Shown here: one piece after another, positions 41,016-56,326 of the stretch
How positions within the stretch are numbered: the first letter of the stretch is position 1
How the letters are laid out: each line of letters begins with the position of its first letter
DNA from: Octopus vulgaris
Taxonomy: Eukaryota
Reading direction: 5' to 3'
Assembly (NCBI GenBank): GCA_951406725.2
Contig: OX597814.1
Location: forward strand, 111,662,001 to 111,726,000
DNA length: 64,000 nt
Program-made: the position numbers and the translations under genes
Notes under the pieces: generated by a model
Database searches by the model: none
What the model was told of the DNA's origin: nothing
The model's input: the letters and a program-made list of their open reading frames with translations, nothing else

Positions 41016-43539
41016 GGTTTTCTGTGATGTGCGAGCGAGCATGAATGGCTGAACAGAAGTGTGAGATTGCACATACGAGTGCGCGCGCGCGTGCTTGTGC
41101 GTGAAATACGCGAGTGTACGTATGTATGTATGTATGTATGTATGTATATACGTATGCATGTATATATGCATGTATGTATACATCTGTATGCAATTTTATT
41201 TATGTATTCGTGAAAGAGTCTATTGTTTCCTATGTGTTATTTGGTGTTTACCGTTCACAATTATCCCTGCCAGTTGACCCCTGTATCTTAGCTGGCGGCA
41301 GGTCGACAATATGTAAAGAAGATTGCGAAGCGAAGGAACCGCTCTCTGCTTCAATGAACAGACGATGATTTTGCTCTGACACTCCAACGCTTGTCATTTC
41401 TTTGTTTGTTGTTGATGGTGGTGGTGGTGCTGAGAGGGAGGAACAGAGAGAGAGAGAGGGAGACAGAGAGAGAGAAAGAGAGAGAGAGTGAGGTGAGAGA
41501 GAATGCATTAATAAAGAGTTAGATGTAGACACGGACCGTCAACTAAACCCAATACGGTACATTATCTTAGGGGTTTGGGGCAGAGTGAGGTGGAGGTCGG
41601 GATTGTGTGAGGGTCGGGGTGGGCTCGATACCAACGGAGCGAAGACCCCAATCCCCAACCCCCAAAAGGGGGGGAGAGTGCCGCATATTTTTTCTTTTTT
41701 TTGCTTTGTTTTCTGTATAACGCTCAGTCAACCATGGAACCGTCAAGCCACGCACATGTAGAACGAAAGTCTGGCTAATTATAATAATAAATGACATCAT
41801 TTTCATAGCTTAATTAATGACTACAAAGCGTGACTCGATGACATCACGTGATAAAACTACGGAAAAAATAGAAAAATTAAAAAAAGAGAAAAACGAAAAA
41901 TGCCCAAACGAAAATAAATACGTTGTGTTAATTAAAGTTTTTTTTTTCGCTATCCTTAAAATTATATCTTGGTTGTGGTGTATTTAATGGAATAATGGTT
42001 GAGCCCCGATTATTAATTTATAAGGGACAAGTTAAGAATAATTTGATTTGCTTACTGGAGACTTATTCGGATGATATTGTATCGTTCAGATTTCTGTATC
42101 GATTTATTGGTCCGAGGCGAGGTAGAAGTTATTGGAATCATCTGGAACTGAAATTTATTTCTGAATATGGTGGAATGAAGAAGCGACAGAAGCCAGTTCA
42201 AATTGACACCAGTTTGAATAAGTTGAATTGTTGTAGTAATTTGTCCTCGTTTATCACGGATCTGGGATACCACGGATCTGGGATACCACGGTATGCTCAG
42301 TTATGGACCATGTTATACTTATCATGGATTGATCTGTGGTAAGACGGATGGGCAATTCAAAGAGTCTGTTTCGACAGTAAAAGCGCGCCCCCTTCGACAA
42401 TCCACAATGCTCAGAACAACTTGGAGCCTTTAATATGATATTGAAATCATTATCGATCTATTGATCCGAGGCGGGATAGAAGTTTTTGGACTTAAGATCA
42501 TCTGCCACTCAAATTTATTTCTGAATATGGTGGAATGACGAAGTTACAGAAACCAATTAAAATTGACAACAGTTTGAATAAGTTAACGCGTTGCAGTACA
42601 TCTGTCCTCGTTTATCACGGACTCATTTATCTCGGATCTGGGATAACACGGTACGCACAACTGCGAACCATGTTACACTTATCACGGAATTACCTTTAAC
42701 TTTTATCTTATCTTTTACTTGATTCAATCATTAGACTGCGCCCATGCTGTAGCACCGACTTGAAAAATTTCTAAACCGGAATCGACCCCAGTACTTACTT
42801 TTTTTTGTATTTTATCGATGTCTTCTGCCAAACTACGTTAAGAGTACATGTGTCTGCGGAGTGCTCAGCCGCTTACACGTTAATTTCATGAGCAGGCTGT
42901 TCCATTGATCGGATTCAGCTGGAACCCTCGTCGTCGCAACTAACGGAGTACCTGTTCATTTAATATATAATGTTTATTCTGTTAATGATACAGAAAAAAC
43001 AAGCTGTGTTTCTTTCTCATGATTTGGAAACACAAAGAAAAAACAACTGTCCTAGTCTTGTAAACGTTATCAATAGAGAATACAAATATCTTCACTCTAC
43101 AGTGATGTTTTGAGTACTACACATTAATAAAGGTGTTTCTACAAAATACACGCACATGCACACACGCGCACACACACACACACACACATACACACACGAG
43201 TGTGTTATAACTATTTATTAATCTTACTAGTGTGTATAAAAATTCAGTTGTTTAATTTTTCGGTGATCAGAGATATCGATCAGCAAATGGCGAATTCTAT
43301 TGATTTTCTTTTCTATTTTTGAGGTGAAAGAGTCAATTGTAACGATCTCAGTACACGACTGCTACTATTTAATTGACCCCAGAAATATAAAAGATAGAAC
43401 CAACTCGGCGGGATTTGAACTTAAAATGTAAAGGGACGTAACTAGCATTCCATGGCCCTTATAGCCATCTACAGCCTTTAGGTATATATGTACGTTATAC
43501 GTGGATGCATATATTTGTATATATTTATATGTATATATA

Positions 43540-43994
43540 CGAGGGTGAGTCAAAAAGTAATGCCATTTTGTTTAGGACAGGTATAATTACCAACACAGGA
43601 ACACGTATCATACATCAAAATGAAGCTGGTCCTCTCTGGATCACATCCCTACTTCTCAACATAGTCACCATTTCTCTCAATAGCAATGTTCTGGAATAAT
43701 GTTTGCCTCTGAAAGCCTCTTTCATGGGGCCAAAGAGATGATAAGTCTGGTGACGAGGAAGTGAAAACTGTAGTGAAGAAGTGACTTAAAGAACAGTCAA
43801 AGAATTTTACGGGGCAGGAGTACATGCTCTCATTCGAACGTGGAACATTGCTATTGAGAGAAACGGTGACTATGTTGAGAAGTAAGGATTTGATCCACAG
43901 AGGACCAGCTTCATTTTGATGTATGATATATGTTCTTGTGTTGGTAATTATACCTGTCCTAAACAAAATGGCATTACTTTTTGACTCACCCTCG
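43540..43994. mobile_element. Mariner-derived MITE made of two inverted right ends
   Basis: ~150-bp inverted arms starting cgagggtgagtcaaaaagtaatgcc. Retains the transposase C-terminus (WNIAIERNGDYVEK*). Confidence 0.85.
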
Positions 43995-44054
43995 CACATA
44001 TTTATATGTGTATATATGTATATATATGAATATATACATATAGGTATGTATGTA

Positions 44055-44126
<72 letters not shown>

Positions 44127-44235
44127 ATGTGTGTGTGCGTGTGTGCGTGTGTCTGTGTGACTGTGCATGCTTACATGTAACATGTATCTACGTATATATA
44201 TTATACACATGTACGTGTGTAAATATGTATGTATG

Positions 44236-44288
<53 letters not shown>

Positions 44289-44904
44289 ATGTGCGTGTGT
44301 GTGTGTAAGGTGGTGCTTCAGCATGGCCGTAGTCAAAATGACTGAAACAGGTAAAAGAATATATATATATATGTGTGTGTAGAGAGAGAGAAAGCGAGAG
44401 AGAAGGGCGAAGGCAGAGGAAAGAGAGAGACAGGCAGAGACATTTATGTTCAATATACAAACAAATCAAACACGCTTCCCCCTCAACTCTCCATGCAAAA
44501 AAAAAAAAACCCATCGAATATACATCATCTTCCCTTCGGTATTTCTGTTGCTGCTGTTCCATTCCGCGCTAGAGACGAGTCCCGGGAAACAAGAGTTCAA
44601 AGAGGAAACTCGAAGAGAAAACCGCCATTGGTTGGGCCAGAGTGATTGGTGGGTTTTCCCTTGAAATCATGATCACCTGATCACTGTTTCATATCGTCTG
44701 CTTTTGTGACCAATTCATTAAATGAAAATATTCAATATTACTTATGTTTTTTTTTGTTGACGCTCGCGGTTACATATATACATACGTGTGTATGTGTGTG
44801 TGTGTGTGTACACGAACAACAAAAATGTAATATATATTTCTATATTTCTATGTATATATTTAGACAGGTATATATATATATATATTACATATATGTATAT
44901 ATAG

Positions 44905-45029
<125 letters not shown>

Positions 45030-45080
45030 CTATAAGTGTATACATATATACAAATATATATACATATATATATAGTACTT

Positions 45081-45149
<69 letters not shown>

Positions 45150-45935
45150 GGGGATAGAGAAAGAGCGATACATACACACATGTATATACGTGTATGTACG
45201 AATGTATTTTTTTGTGTTTTACTTCGTTTTCATGTTTTTTTCCTATTTATTTTTTTCTCCCCCTGTGAAATCTTCAAACGTCGTTCGATTGATCTTTCTC
45301 GTTTTCATTTCTTATTAACCGCTTGGTGATGCTGCTACCGTCTCACTCCGATATCTATTATGAATTGGCTTGATCTCTTTCTTCTCATTCGCTCATTCAT
45401 TTATTCCCCGCCTCCTTCATTCTTTCTTTTTTGTCCTTTCTTGTTTTTCTTCTTCAATTCTTTCTTTTTAATATATATATATATATATATATAAATGAAC
45501 TTTTTCAAGACTCTTCAAACCGACCACTTCTGTTTATAGAATTGTTTTGATTTCGGAAAGAGTTTATAAACAATAATTCTTCTAAATATAAAACGCAGAA
45601 AAGAATGAAAAACTGGAAAAAAAAAAGAATAAAATAAATAAACCCCAAAAAACTGAAGTCTGATGAAAAGCCTTCATGCTCTATATATCAACATCATAAC
45701 CATCCTCCTCCTCTTCCTCTCCATCGTCTTCCTCGTCGCTGACGTGATGATGACGATGGTGGTGGTGATGATGCTGATGCTGATGCTAATGCTGCTGATA
45801 ATGATAATGATGATGATCATCATCATCGCCATCATTGTCGTTGTTGTCTTCTTCATCATCATCATCATCATCATCGCCATCATCACCATCGCCATCATCA
45901 AGATCGCCATCATCATCACCGCCACCACCACCACC

Positions 45936-45966
<31 letters not shown>

Positions 45967-46608
45967 CCATCATCATCATCGCCACCGCTGCCACCCCTCT
46001 TCGCTCTCCTACCCCCATTCGTCCCCGCCCTACACCTTTTCTTTCTCATGTTTCTGTTATATTCTTGTTATGAATTCACCTGTATTTTACTTCATTCAAC
46101 TTTTGTTCTGTTTAAACAGATCAATATATAAAATATATCGATTCTTCTACCCAGACTGAATTCTGCTTGAATTCGTTCTTAGTGAGGCTTGCAGGCTTTT
46201 GTGGAGCCTCATGTTTCACCATACTTACGTTCCCCATGATCTCGAGATCAAGTTCAATCAGCGTCAAGACTTGTTTATCTCTGAGTCAGGAGGGAATACA
46301 TCCCCCATGGACCTTTCCAGGGTCTCCGAGGCTGGTGGGGAGAAGAAGGAGGCAAGGAGGCATCCGCAACCTGTTCCCATTCCTCAAATTTAATCATAAA
46401 ACATTGATTCATCCAAGGTTACCAGTAGACACGTGTCCAATATGCCCAGCAATGGGACCGAACCCGGATTCAGGTAGTTTCGAAGCGAACTTATTAACCA
46501 CATGGCCAAGTCTGCACTTTCTCTGGGCTTAGTCGAAGTATCTAACTACAATAATATAACCTTTATTTATTCTAGCAATTAAAATTTTGAATACATAAAT
46601 GTCTAAGA

Positions 46609-47781
46609 CGAGGTGCCTTCTAGAAGTTTTGAGACTTTTTTTTAGGAGAAGCAATTCTATAAATGTCCTAAGTTGTGATTTTGCTGAAGTCGAGGGTCAC
46701 CAATTGTAGCGGGAGAAATTGATTGGTTACACAATATATTTCTTTACTACCCACAAGGGGCTAAACACAGAGGGGACAAACAAGGACAGACAAACCGATT
46801 AAGTTGATTATATCGATCCCAGTGCGTAACTGGTACTTAATTAATCGACCCCGAAAGGATGAAAGGCAAAGTCGAGTTCGGCGGAATTTGAACTAAGAAC
46901 GCAGCGGCGGACGAAATACCACAAAGCATTTCGCCCGGCGTGCTAACGTTTCTGCCAGCTCGCCGCCTTGATTGGTTACACAATAATATGAAATGTCGGA
47001 GTCAGCAGTTGTAACGATAAAAAATTGTTGTTATAATTGCATACTGTAAGATGTGAAAGATGAACAATTCATGAAGTTTTAAGGAAGTATTTACCGTTAC
47101 GTTACAATACCTTGCCTAGTTTGCAGAATGTAGTCAAGACGTGAAGGTAATATGGAAGCCCGATATACAATAAAGTTTTATCTGATGCTGGGCTGCAGAA
47201 GCTTATGAAATACTCGAGACTGCTTACGGATGAAGTTGTATGAGCCGAGCATCTGTTTTTCGCTGGCAAAAGAGACCAGGCAAAAGCAACTCCACCGGGA
47301 AGCTCACTATGATCCACTTTTTCGACATCCATGGCACTATCTTCATCCACAGAGTTTCCGCTGGCCAGACAGTCAACAAAGAGTACTTCGTTGGGGGTTT
47401 TGAGGGAGTTCAGGAAGAGATTTCGTCGCAAAAGGCCAGAGCACTGCACCAGGACAATGCATCAGTCCACAGTTCAATCTTGGTAAACAACTACTTGATA
47501 GAAGTGGGCATCAGAACTGCTCCCCTCCCTTCCAGACCTTGCTTCCTGTGACTTTTGGTTTTCCCTTAAGCTCAAAAAGATGAAAGAGTCCGTGGCAATG
47601 GTCCTGGTGACCTTCTGTTTAGAGGGAATTTCACGAGGCCTTCACGAAGTGTTTGGAGTGCTGCAACAAGTGCACTAAAGTCAGAGGATCCTATTTTGAG
47701 GGACATTTAGTGTTTTGTACTTTTTTGAAATTAATAAATGTATCTCCTGAAAAATTCTGTAAACTTGTGGAATGCAACTTG
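46609..47781 (+). pseudogene. Decayed, internally deleted mariner transposon with an inserted SINE
   Basis: MSRASVFRW...FFDIHG...GQTVNKEY...LHQDNASVH, with a DLA.CDFW remnant and degenerate TIRs. SINE 46740-46968 is flanked by TSD ttgattggttacacaata. Confidence 0.75.
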
Positions 47782-49371
47782 TAAAAGAATGTAGACATTA
47801 AAAAGTTTTGTAAAGGACTGCAATTTTTGTATCCTTCATCATCATCGTTTTTGTATCCTTCATCATTATCGTTTACTTGTTTCAGTCATTCAACTGCGGC
47901 CATGCTGGGGCACCACCTTCAAGGATTTTTAGTCGAATGGATCGACTCCAGTACTTATGTTTTTTTGTCTTAAGCCTGTTACTTATTCATTCGGTAATTT
48001 TTTTGCCGAACCGCGGAGTTACAGGGACGTAAACAAACCAACACCTGTTGTCAAGCGCCTTGAAGAATATTTACCTCGCAAATTAACAAAACCAGGCAGG
48101 CTAGAGATTATTGTGTTGGATGATTTTTTGAAGAATATGTTAAAAGAAAAAAGGAATAAGGACTAAAAGGTTTAACTGATTAAAAACTTGTTTTCGGCTT
48201 TGTCATGTATTTATATTTACTATGCTTAATGTACTCTGTAAGTAGATGTATATTTACGGCAATGCGACAATATTATTATATAGATGCAGGCGTGGCCGTG
48301 TGGTAAGAAGTTTGCTTCTTAACAACATGGTTCCGAGTTCGCTCCTACAGCGTGGCACGTGTCTTTGTGTCTGTGTTTATCCCCCATCACCGCTTGGTGT
48401 GTTTACGACTCCGTAACTTAGCAGTTCGACAAAAGACACCAATAGAATAAATAGAAAGCTTAAAAAAGAAAACTACTGGGGTAGATTCGTTCGACTAAAA
48501 TTCTTCAAGGCCATGCTTAAAGAACAAGTACTGGGGGGTCGATTCGTTTGTCGAATATTGTTCAAGGCGGTGCCCCAGCATGACCGCAGCCAAATGACTG
48601 AAACAAGTAAAAGATAAAGGATGAAGGATGCAAAAATTGCAATCCTTTACAAAACATTTTAATGTTTGCATTCTTTTACAATTCTGACACAAGAAATCAC
48701 TGATGTCAATGTTTGTTAATAAAGAGATTCGCTCCGTCTTGCATTGACGGCACTTAAGTTGACGATGATGTGATTGAAGTTGACTGCTTAACGGAGACTA
48801 ACGACAACGAAATTAGGTAACGATGACGAATTTGAAATTGACATTGACGTGTTTGAGGCTGATAATGTCAAATTTAAGCGGGGACACCCTATATGTGTAT
48901 GCTTTAATGGATAAATTATGTAACCCTCTATAGAATATGCAAGTTATTTTACTCTGCTCTGAAGAAGAATAAACATCGAATTTTGTGGTAAATTAATTCT
49001 GGTGTGATAACAGTTGCAGTCTAATTGGGTTTTTTTAAAAAAGAAATTCAGGCTCAAAGATGTCTTGACTAAACAATTTGACAAGTTAAACAATAAAACA
49101 ATATTATTAAACAATATTATTAAACGGATAATATAAAACAGGTTGTTTATAAAAATATCTATTCAACTTTGGTATATAAACAGTCTGAGAGATAGATAGA
49201 TAATCAGATACACAGAGGATTGATATATATATATATATATAATCAGCCGAAATTGCGAAGATGATCTGGTTCTTGACTGATGACTGAGAGCTTCGAAAGT
49301 CCCGTCTGTGTGTTTTTTTGTCGTCTTCTAAATGTTTCACGTTCTTGTCCCAGTTTGTGTTTTTTTTTAAC

Positions 49372-49455
<84 letters not shown>

Positions 49456-49843
49456 AATGCATGGTTGTTGACTTTCCATTGAAAGAATGAGCGCACAGAA
49501 TTGGCCAAAATCACGTTATTTCTATTGTCAAACTCATGGGTTGTCTCTTCCGGATACATTCCTAAAATCATTTTAGAAGAAAGTCAAACAAATTCTTATA
49601 CAAAATTCAAGCAGTAATATATGTCATTTTAAAGAGATGTAAATGGGTAGAAGTTCCCGCCTGAAGGTCACAATAGCGTGAGACTCGAGTCACGTGAGAA
49701 ACTCTGATCCAGTTTCAGTAAAAAAAAAACAACTATATCCTCTACAACATGTATTGAGCACTCCTCTCTCAAATATTCAACATAAACAAATGTAGTACAT
49801 GAACATGTACACAGACTCATACACTCATGTATGCACACACATA

Positions 49844-50021
49844 CGAGGTGCGTAAGCCGCGTCGGTTCCCGGCTGTTACACCTAGATTACATACGTATCT
49901 AGGCGAAAATTTTCACTCATGCGCAAGAATGGTGGCGTTACCGTCCACCCAAAGGATTTTTCCTAAGTGGCATTAGTTTTGTCGGGAAAAATAAAATCGG
50001 ATACTTTTTGACTGCACCTCG
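49844..50021. mobile_element. Short mariner-type MITE
   Basis: ta|cgaggtgc ... gcacctcg|ta termini with TA TSD. Confidence 0.55.
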
Positions 50022-51888
50022 TACAGTTATTAAGTTAGGCGTAACATAATAGTCTAAGCAACATTACTAGTTCCAAGCAGAGATTACCGAAATGTGCTGT
50101 CAGTGATAATCCCCAGTCGTGTAGCAAAAGTATTTACAATCTGATAATTTTTCATTATAAATATTTCATTGTGAAATATATTTCAGGTTTGACAACTCTG
50201 CTTACAATTGGACACGTGACTGGCGACAAGTAATGTTTAATTAGATATATGTTAATTTCATTTATATCACGTCACTAATAAATCTTAATTAATGTGTCAG
50301 GAAAAATAATTTATTTTTAAAAAGTATGGGAAAAATTTGGAAAGCTCTCCATGAAAGAAACTCCGTTTTTGACTAAAAGCATCTTTAAAATAAATTATCT
50401 TATTTACACGAATACAAGTTGCACCCCTCTTGCCGTTACGTTCTGAGTTCAAATTCCGCCAAGGTTGATTTTGCCTTTCATCCTTTTGGGGTCGATTAAA
50501 TAAGTACCAGTTACGTACTGGAGTCGATGTAATCGACTTAATTTCTTTGTCCATGTTTGTCCCCTCTATGTTTAGTCCCCTGTGGACAATAAGAACATAT
50601 AAGCTGCATCTCAATTTTTCAGTTAGCCCTTTGTCTGTCTTGTGTATCACATGTGGTGCAAAGGACGTATTTACCTGGAGTTCATGCGTCAAATATGATA
50701 CACATACCCACTTTTATCAATCGTCAGAGTAACTTGGACCTATGAAAGGAAGGTTGTATATTTAACTGAGAACGTATGAAATGCGGGCAAACTAAAACTT
50801 TGAAAACTAGCATGAACATTCAGGACAGACTTATGAAAATGCTTTGAGCAGGCAAAGGGCCAAAATCAAGTGTAAAATATACTCGTATGAATACTCGTGT
50901 AATTAATCGGAGCAAAGGAGGAAACATCCATGGCGTTTAGATGTCGTTCGTCAATAGTGAGATCTAGGCGGCGAGCTGGCAGAAACGTTAGCACGCTGGG
51001 TGAAATGCTTATTGGTATTTCGTCTGTCACTACGTTCTGAGTTCAAATTCCGCTGAGGTCGACTTTGCCTTTTATCCCTTCGGGGTCGATAAATTATGTA
51101 CCAGAAACGCACTGGGATCGATGTAATCGACTTAATCAGTTTGTCTGTCCCCTCTGTGTTTAGCCCCTTGTGGGCATTAAAAAAAAATAGTGAGATCGAC
51201 GAAGCTGAGACAGTCCTTTATTCTTTCCTGTCCTTCGCCAACGCGTGTCATCCATTCTCAGCGTAAAGAGCATACGCCAAATCCACTTTGATCCCATGAA
51301 CAGAGACTACAAAAGCACAATCAAATGGGGGTAAGCTAATCTTGTCTCTTTCAAGAAAACACAAACGTTACTCACATCGAGCAAGAAGACGCCACCGCTC
51401 AACATTCCTTTTAATAATGTACAGAACATAACTAGAGCCCTAAAAAGCGCTCTATTAGGGTCCCACTACAATTTTTGATAGCGAAACCCAGCTATCATAG
51501 AGTTGTCAACTGTACGGCGGTGGTGGTGGTTGTCGTCGTCGCGGTCGTGCTAGTGGTGGTCGTGGTCGTCGTTGTGGCGATGGTGGTGACGGCGGTTGTG
51601 GTGGTTGTCGTTGTTGTCATCGTCGTCTAGGTGGAGAATTTTCTCTCGGGGCTATCCCCGCAGCGAAATGCCTTTTCACGTTCGAATACACTCGAACGTG
51701 TTATCTCAACGCTACTTCATCTTCTTTCCCTCCACTTTCTCCTCATTTCACTCCTTTCGCCAATTCAGTTTCTCTCCCCGTCTCTCTATTCCTCTCCTCT
51801 TCCTATCTCTCTTCTGGCGAAAGCTCATCGTTAACTTAGCTAGGAATGCACCCCCATCCACCGGCCCATCACTTTAGGGTCAGAAGAA

Positions 51889-51919
<31 letters not shown>

Positions 51920-53531
51920 CTTCTTCTTCTTCTTCTTCTTCTTCTTCTTCTTCTTCTTCTTCTTCTTCAGAAACCACCACCACCACCACCATCATTTAGA
52001 AATCATTATTATTCTAAAGCGACAAGTTGGCGAATCGTGAGCATGCTGGATATTCAGCGGTATTTCGTTTATCATTACGTTCTGAGTTCAAATTACACCG
52101 AAATGAACTTTGCCGTTCATCCTTTCGGGCCGGGGGGGAGGTGATAAAATAAGTACCAGCTGAGCACTGGGGTGGATGTAATTGATTTACCCCCTCCTCC
52201 CGAAATTGCTGGCTTTGTACTAAAATTTGAAACCGTTAATATTTTTATGAGAAGGAGGAAGCGGAGGAGCAAGATTAGAATGATGAAATTATGAAGAAGA
52301 TAAAGGATGTTAGTGATGATGATAATGATGATAATGACAACGAAGTGGTGGACGATGTAACATTTTCTGCTCAGCGTCATCTTCATAACTATCATGTAAT
52401 CAACACTTCACACCACCCACCACCAATACCACCTCCACCACTACCACCTCCACCACTACCACCACCACGACTACCATCACTATCATCATCATCATCCTCA
52501 TCACCCCTCACCACCATTATTGCTATCAACATCACCATTATTACGATGACGACGGCCACCTCCACCAGCACCAACAACAATACCACCACCATCACCACCA
52601 CCACTGCCACCACCATCACCACCATCACCACCACCACCACCACCTACGAAATTATCATCACTTCCCATCATCATGCACCTCTACCACCACTACCACCACC
52701 ACCAATAACATCCATCACTCCTCACGAACATGACTACTGTCACCACCACCACCACCACCACCACCACCACCACCGCTACACGCACCACCAGCACTACCGT
52801 TACGATGACGACGACGACAACAACGACAACCACCACAACCGCCGTCACCACCATCGCCACCATCGCCACGACCACTACTACCACGACCGCGACGACGACA
52901 ACCACCACCACCACCACCACCACCACCACCACCACCACCACCGCCGTACAGTTGACAATGATAACAGCCTCTACAAACAATATAATTACGCACCACTTGT
53001 TAACAATTTCTGAGTCATTTTTCAATTTTTATAAAACGTTGATTGTATTTGTAGATTGAATTTTCTTCATGATCAGGAGAGAGAGGGAGAGAGAGAGAGA
53101 GGGAGAGGGAGAGAGAGAGGGAGAAAGAGAGAGACAGGAAGAGGAGAGGAATAGAGAGACGAGGAGAGAAACTGAATTGGCGAAAGGAGTGAAGTGAGGA
53201 GAAAGTGGAGGGAAAGAAGATAAAGTAGTGTTGAGATAACACGTTCGAGTGTATTCGAACGTGAAAAAGCATTTCGCTGCGGGGATAGCTCCGAGAGAAA
53301 ATTCTCCACCTAGACATGTATAAAACACATTTTGGGGGCTGTGAATGATGTCATTGGATCGTGGAACACATGCATTTCCGCGTCGTTCCACTTCGTCAGT
53401 TACAGAAACCAATTCTGTAATTCACAGTCCAAATAGAAAGGAAATTATTCTTATGCATGATAATATGTTACTATATGCGTATACATATGTGCACATATAC
53501 ATATACATACATACATACATACATACATACA

Positions 53532-53638
<107 letters not shown>

Positions 53639-53659
53639 GTATATGTATATATATGTACA

Positions 53660-53807
<148 letters not shown>

Positions 53808-54212
53808 GATAGATAGATAGACAAACAGACAGAAAGATAGACAGTCAGATAGATAGATAGAGTTTTTATGAATAGATGTACGTATCTTTAGTCTGCAGCC
53901 ATGCTGGGGCATCGCTTCGAGGAATTTTAGTCGAACGGGTTGACCCTAGTACATTTTATTTACGCCTGTATCTATAATATCTGTTCTTTTGCTGACCCGC
54001 TCAGTTACGGGGATGTAAGCACACCAGCACCGGTTGTCGAACATAAACACAAAGACACACACACACACCCACGTATATTACTCTTCTATGTTCATTCCCT
54101 CGATTTCGGTGCCTGCGTATATTTATTGTAGTTTGATTTTAGCGTCCCTTTACAGCGTGAGGCTTTCCTTATAGTAATAGTCCTTGATATAATAACGTAT
54201 TTTATATTTAGG

Positions 54213-54262
<50 letters not shown>

Positions 54263-54265
<3 letters not shown>

Positions 54266-55235
54266 ATATATAAAACAATCCTTGGACGAAAATTGTATGC
54301 GCATTTTGCTTTGACGGTTAATGGCCGCCAAACCAAGGCTAGGATTGAGCTGAAAATTGGCAGGGATACTAAATGCTTCGTGAGGATGAGACCCGCGATG
54401 GTTAAAATTTGCAAGCTATAAAGATGTGGTTGCTATGGTAAAAAGTGTGGGGTTTTTTATCGATTCAAGGGGGCCCAGTGCCCCTCTAGGTTTATGCGAT
54501 TGGCTTTTAATGCCCAGCGGCATGTACTTCAGGCTGTTGTGCTTAATAAACATACATTTTGTCGGGAAATTCCGGCAACTAGGAAACGATTTTTCATTGT
54601 GAAAAAACGAGTGCTTTTTGCCCTCATTTTCCTTTTAATATATATATATAAATTTGATATGGGTGATTCTTTCTTATTCACGGTCAAACGGCTGGGTGGA
54701 ATTGCATGAAAAATTACACAGATGTGTAGAATGATCCGGTGGTGTTGCTTGGCTTTGTATTTTTTCATGCCTCCCATGATTATCGAGATAATCTACTATA
54801 ATAATACTCTTGTGTTTATGAATGAGAAAGGAAGGGGTGAGAGATGAATAAGGAAGGAAGGGATAATGTCATACTTGGTGGTGGGATGATGAAAATTGTA
54901 CGCTGAAAAAATAAATCAAACAGTGTTTCAACTTTGTGTGAATATATGTGTGTATGTGTGTGTGTGTGTTTGTGTGTGAGAGTGCATGTGTACGTGCAAT
55001 GGAAGTGGGATGGTTCATCTTTGTTCACTTAGTATTGGGGTTTATTTTTTGATTTGGTTGAATCTTGGTTGTTTTTTTTTTCTTGGTTAGTTATTTTTAG
55101 TGTTTTTACAGAAAAAAGTCATTCTAAAATTGTATTTTAAGGGAAGCGTGACCAAACAGGTCGAATTCTGACATAGAGCAGGTTTTACAGCCACATCATC
55201 CAAACCAACCGGCTGAAACCGGGCTTAGCTGCTAG
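54263..55235 (+). mobile_element. Non-autonomous Helitron
   Basis: 5' A|TC-aatatataaaa in (AT)n. 3' ccggctgaaaccgg hairpin followed by CTAG|T. Confidence 0.65.
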
Positions 55236-55283
<48 letters not shown>

Positions 55284-55779
55284 AAATTTAGAGGAATGAC
55301 CACTAACAGTGGACAGCCTGTATGCTAGAAATAAACGTCAAATTCGCCATTTACCACGAAGAATGTGTTCTCAAGTAAAAATTCAGCAAAAAACCAAAGT
55401 GTAAAAATAAGCGAGACAAATGAAAGTATACGAAATAAACGAAAATATACGAAATATACGAAATATTAGTAATCATTCCTCTAAATTTTGTATGTATAAA
55501 AATTTTTAATCTTCAGATTTTAAAAAAAATGCTAGGCCACTGGTTTTAATTGATTAATATCAATTTCTACACTAATTTAATTTTAAATAAAAAATGTTCT
55601 CTAGCCGGTAAATTAACTGCTGTAGTATATTAACTGCAGAGTAATTTCCGATCTCAGCGCGCCAAAGTGAAGGCGTTTGAAAGATACACATAAATATAAT
55701 TTGTGGAGCTTTATACATACTGGATTTCGGTCGAGCGCCCTGTATCTAGTTCTAGAAATTGTATTTCGTAAACGACAGA

Positions 55780-55854
55780 CTATGCTGACGATCTTGCAGA
55801 TGTTTGCGTATCCATATACGTAAATATTAACAAGTGAAACTAATTAGTACATAG
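55780..55854 (+). ncRNA. Canonical type I hammerhead ribozyme in a non-coding inverted/direct repeat element (55282-56103)
   Basis: ctatg CTGACGA t cttg...caag t GAAA ctaattag TA catag. Stem III is palindromic. Confidence 0.8.
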
Positions 55855-56212
55855 GTAATCGTTTTTTATTTCGTATACTTTCATTTGACTTGCTTATTTT
55901 TACACTTTGGTTGTTTGCTAAATTTTTTCTTGAGAACACATTCTTCGTGGCAAATGGTGAATTTGATGTCTATTTCTAGCATACAGGCTATCCTCTATTA
56001 GTGGTCATTCCTCTAAATTTTGCATGTATAAAAATTTTCAATCTTCGGATTTTTTAAAAATATGCTAGGCCACTGGTTTTAATTGATCAATATCAATTTC
56101 TACCCTTATTTAATTTCTTCCCAATGTAATGATCTTCCCAAAACACAAGATTTATTTCAACATACGAATTCGCATCAAGAAACTTGCCAACCAAATACAA
56201 AGACGAAGGTTC

Positions 56213-56326
<114 letters not shown>

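Noticed and set aside
50675-50739. Minus-strand exon candidate (ccttcctttcatag| ... ATGAACTCCAG|gtaaat)
   Set aside because: The splice signals look good, but all three frames contain stops and no partner exons were found.
51261-51330. Plus-strand exon candidate VKSIRQIHFDPMNRDYKSTIKW|gtaagc
   Set aside because: No recognisable homology and no linked exons.
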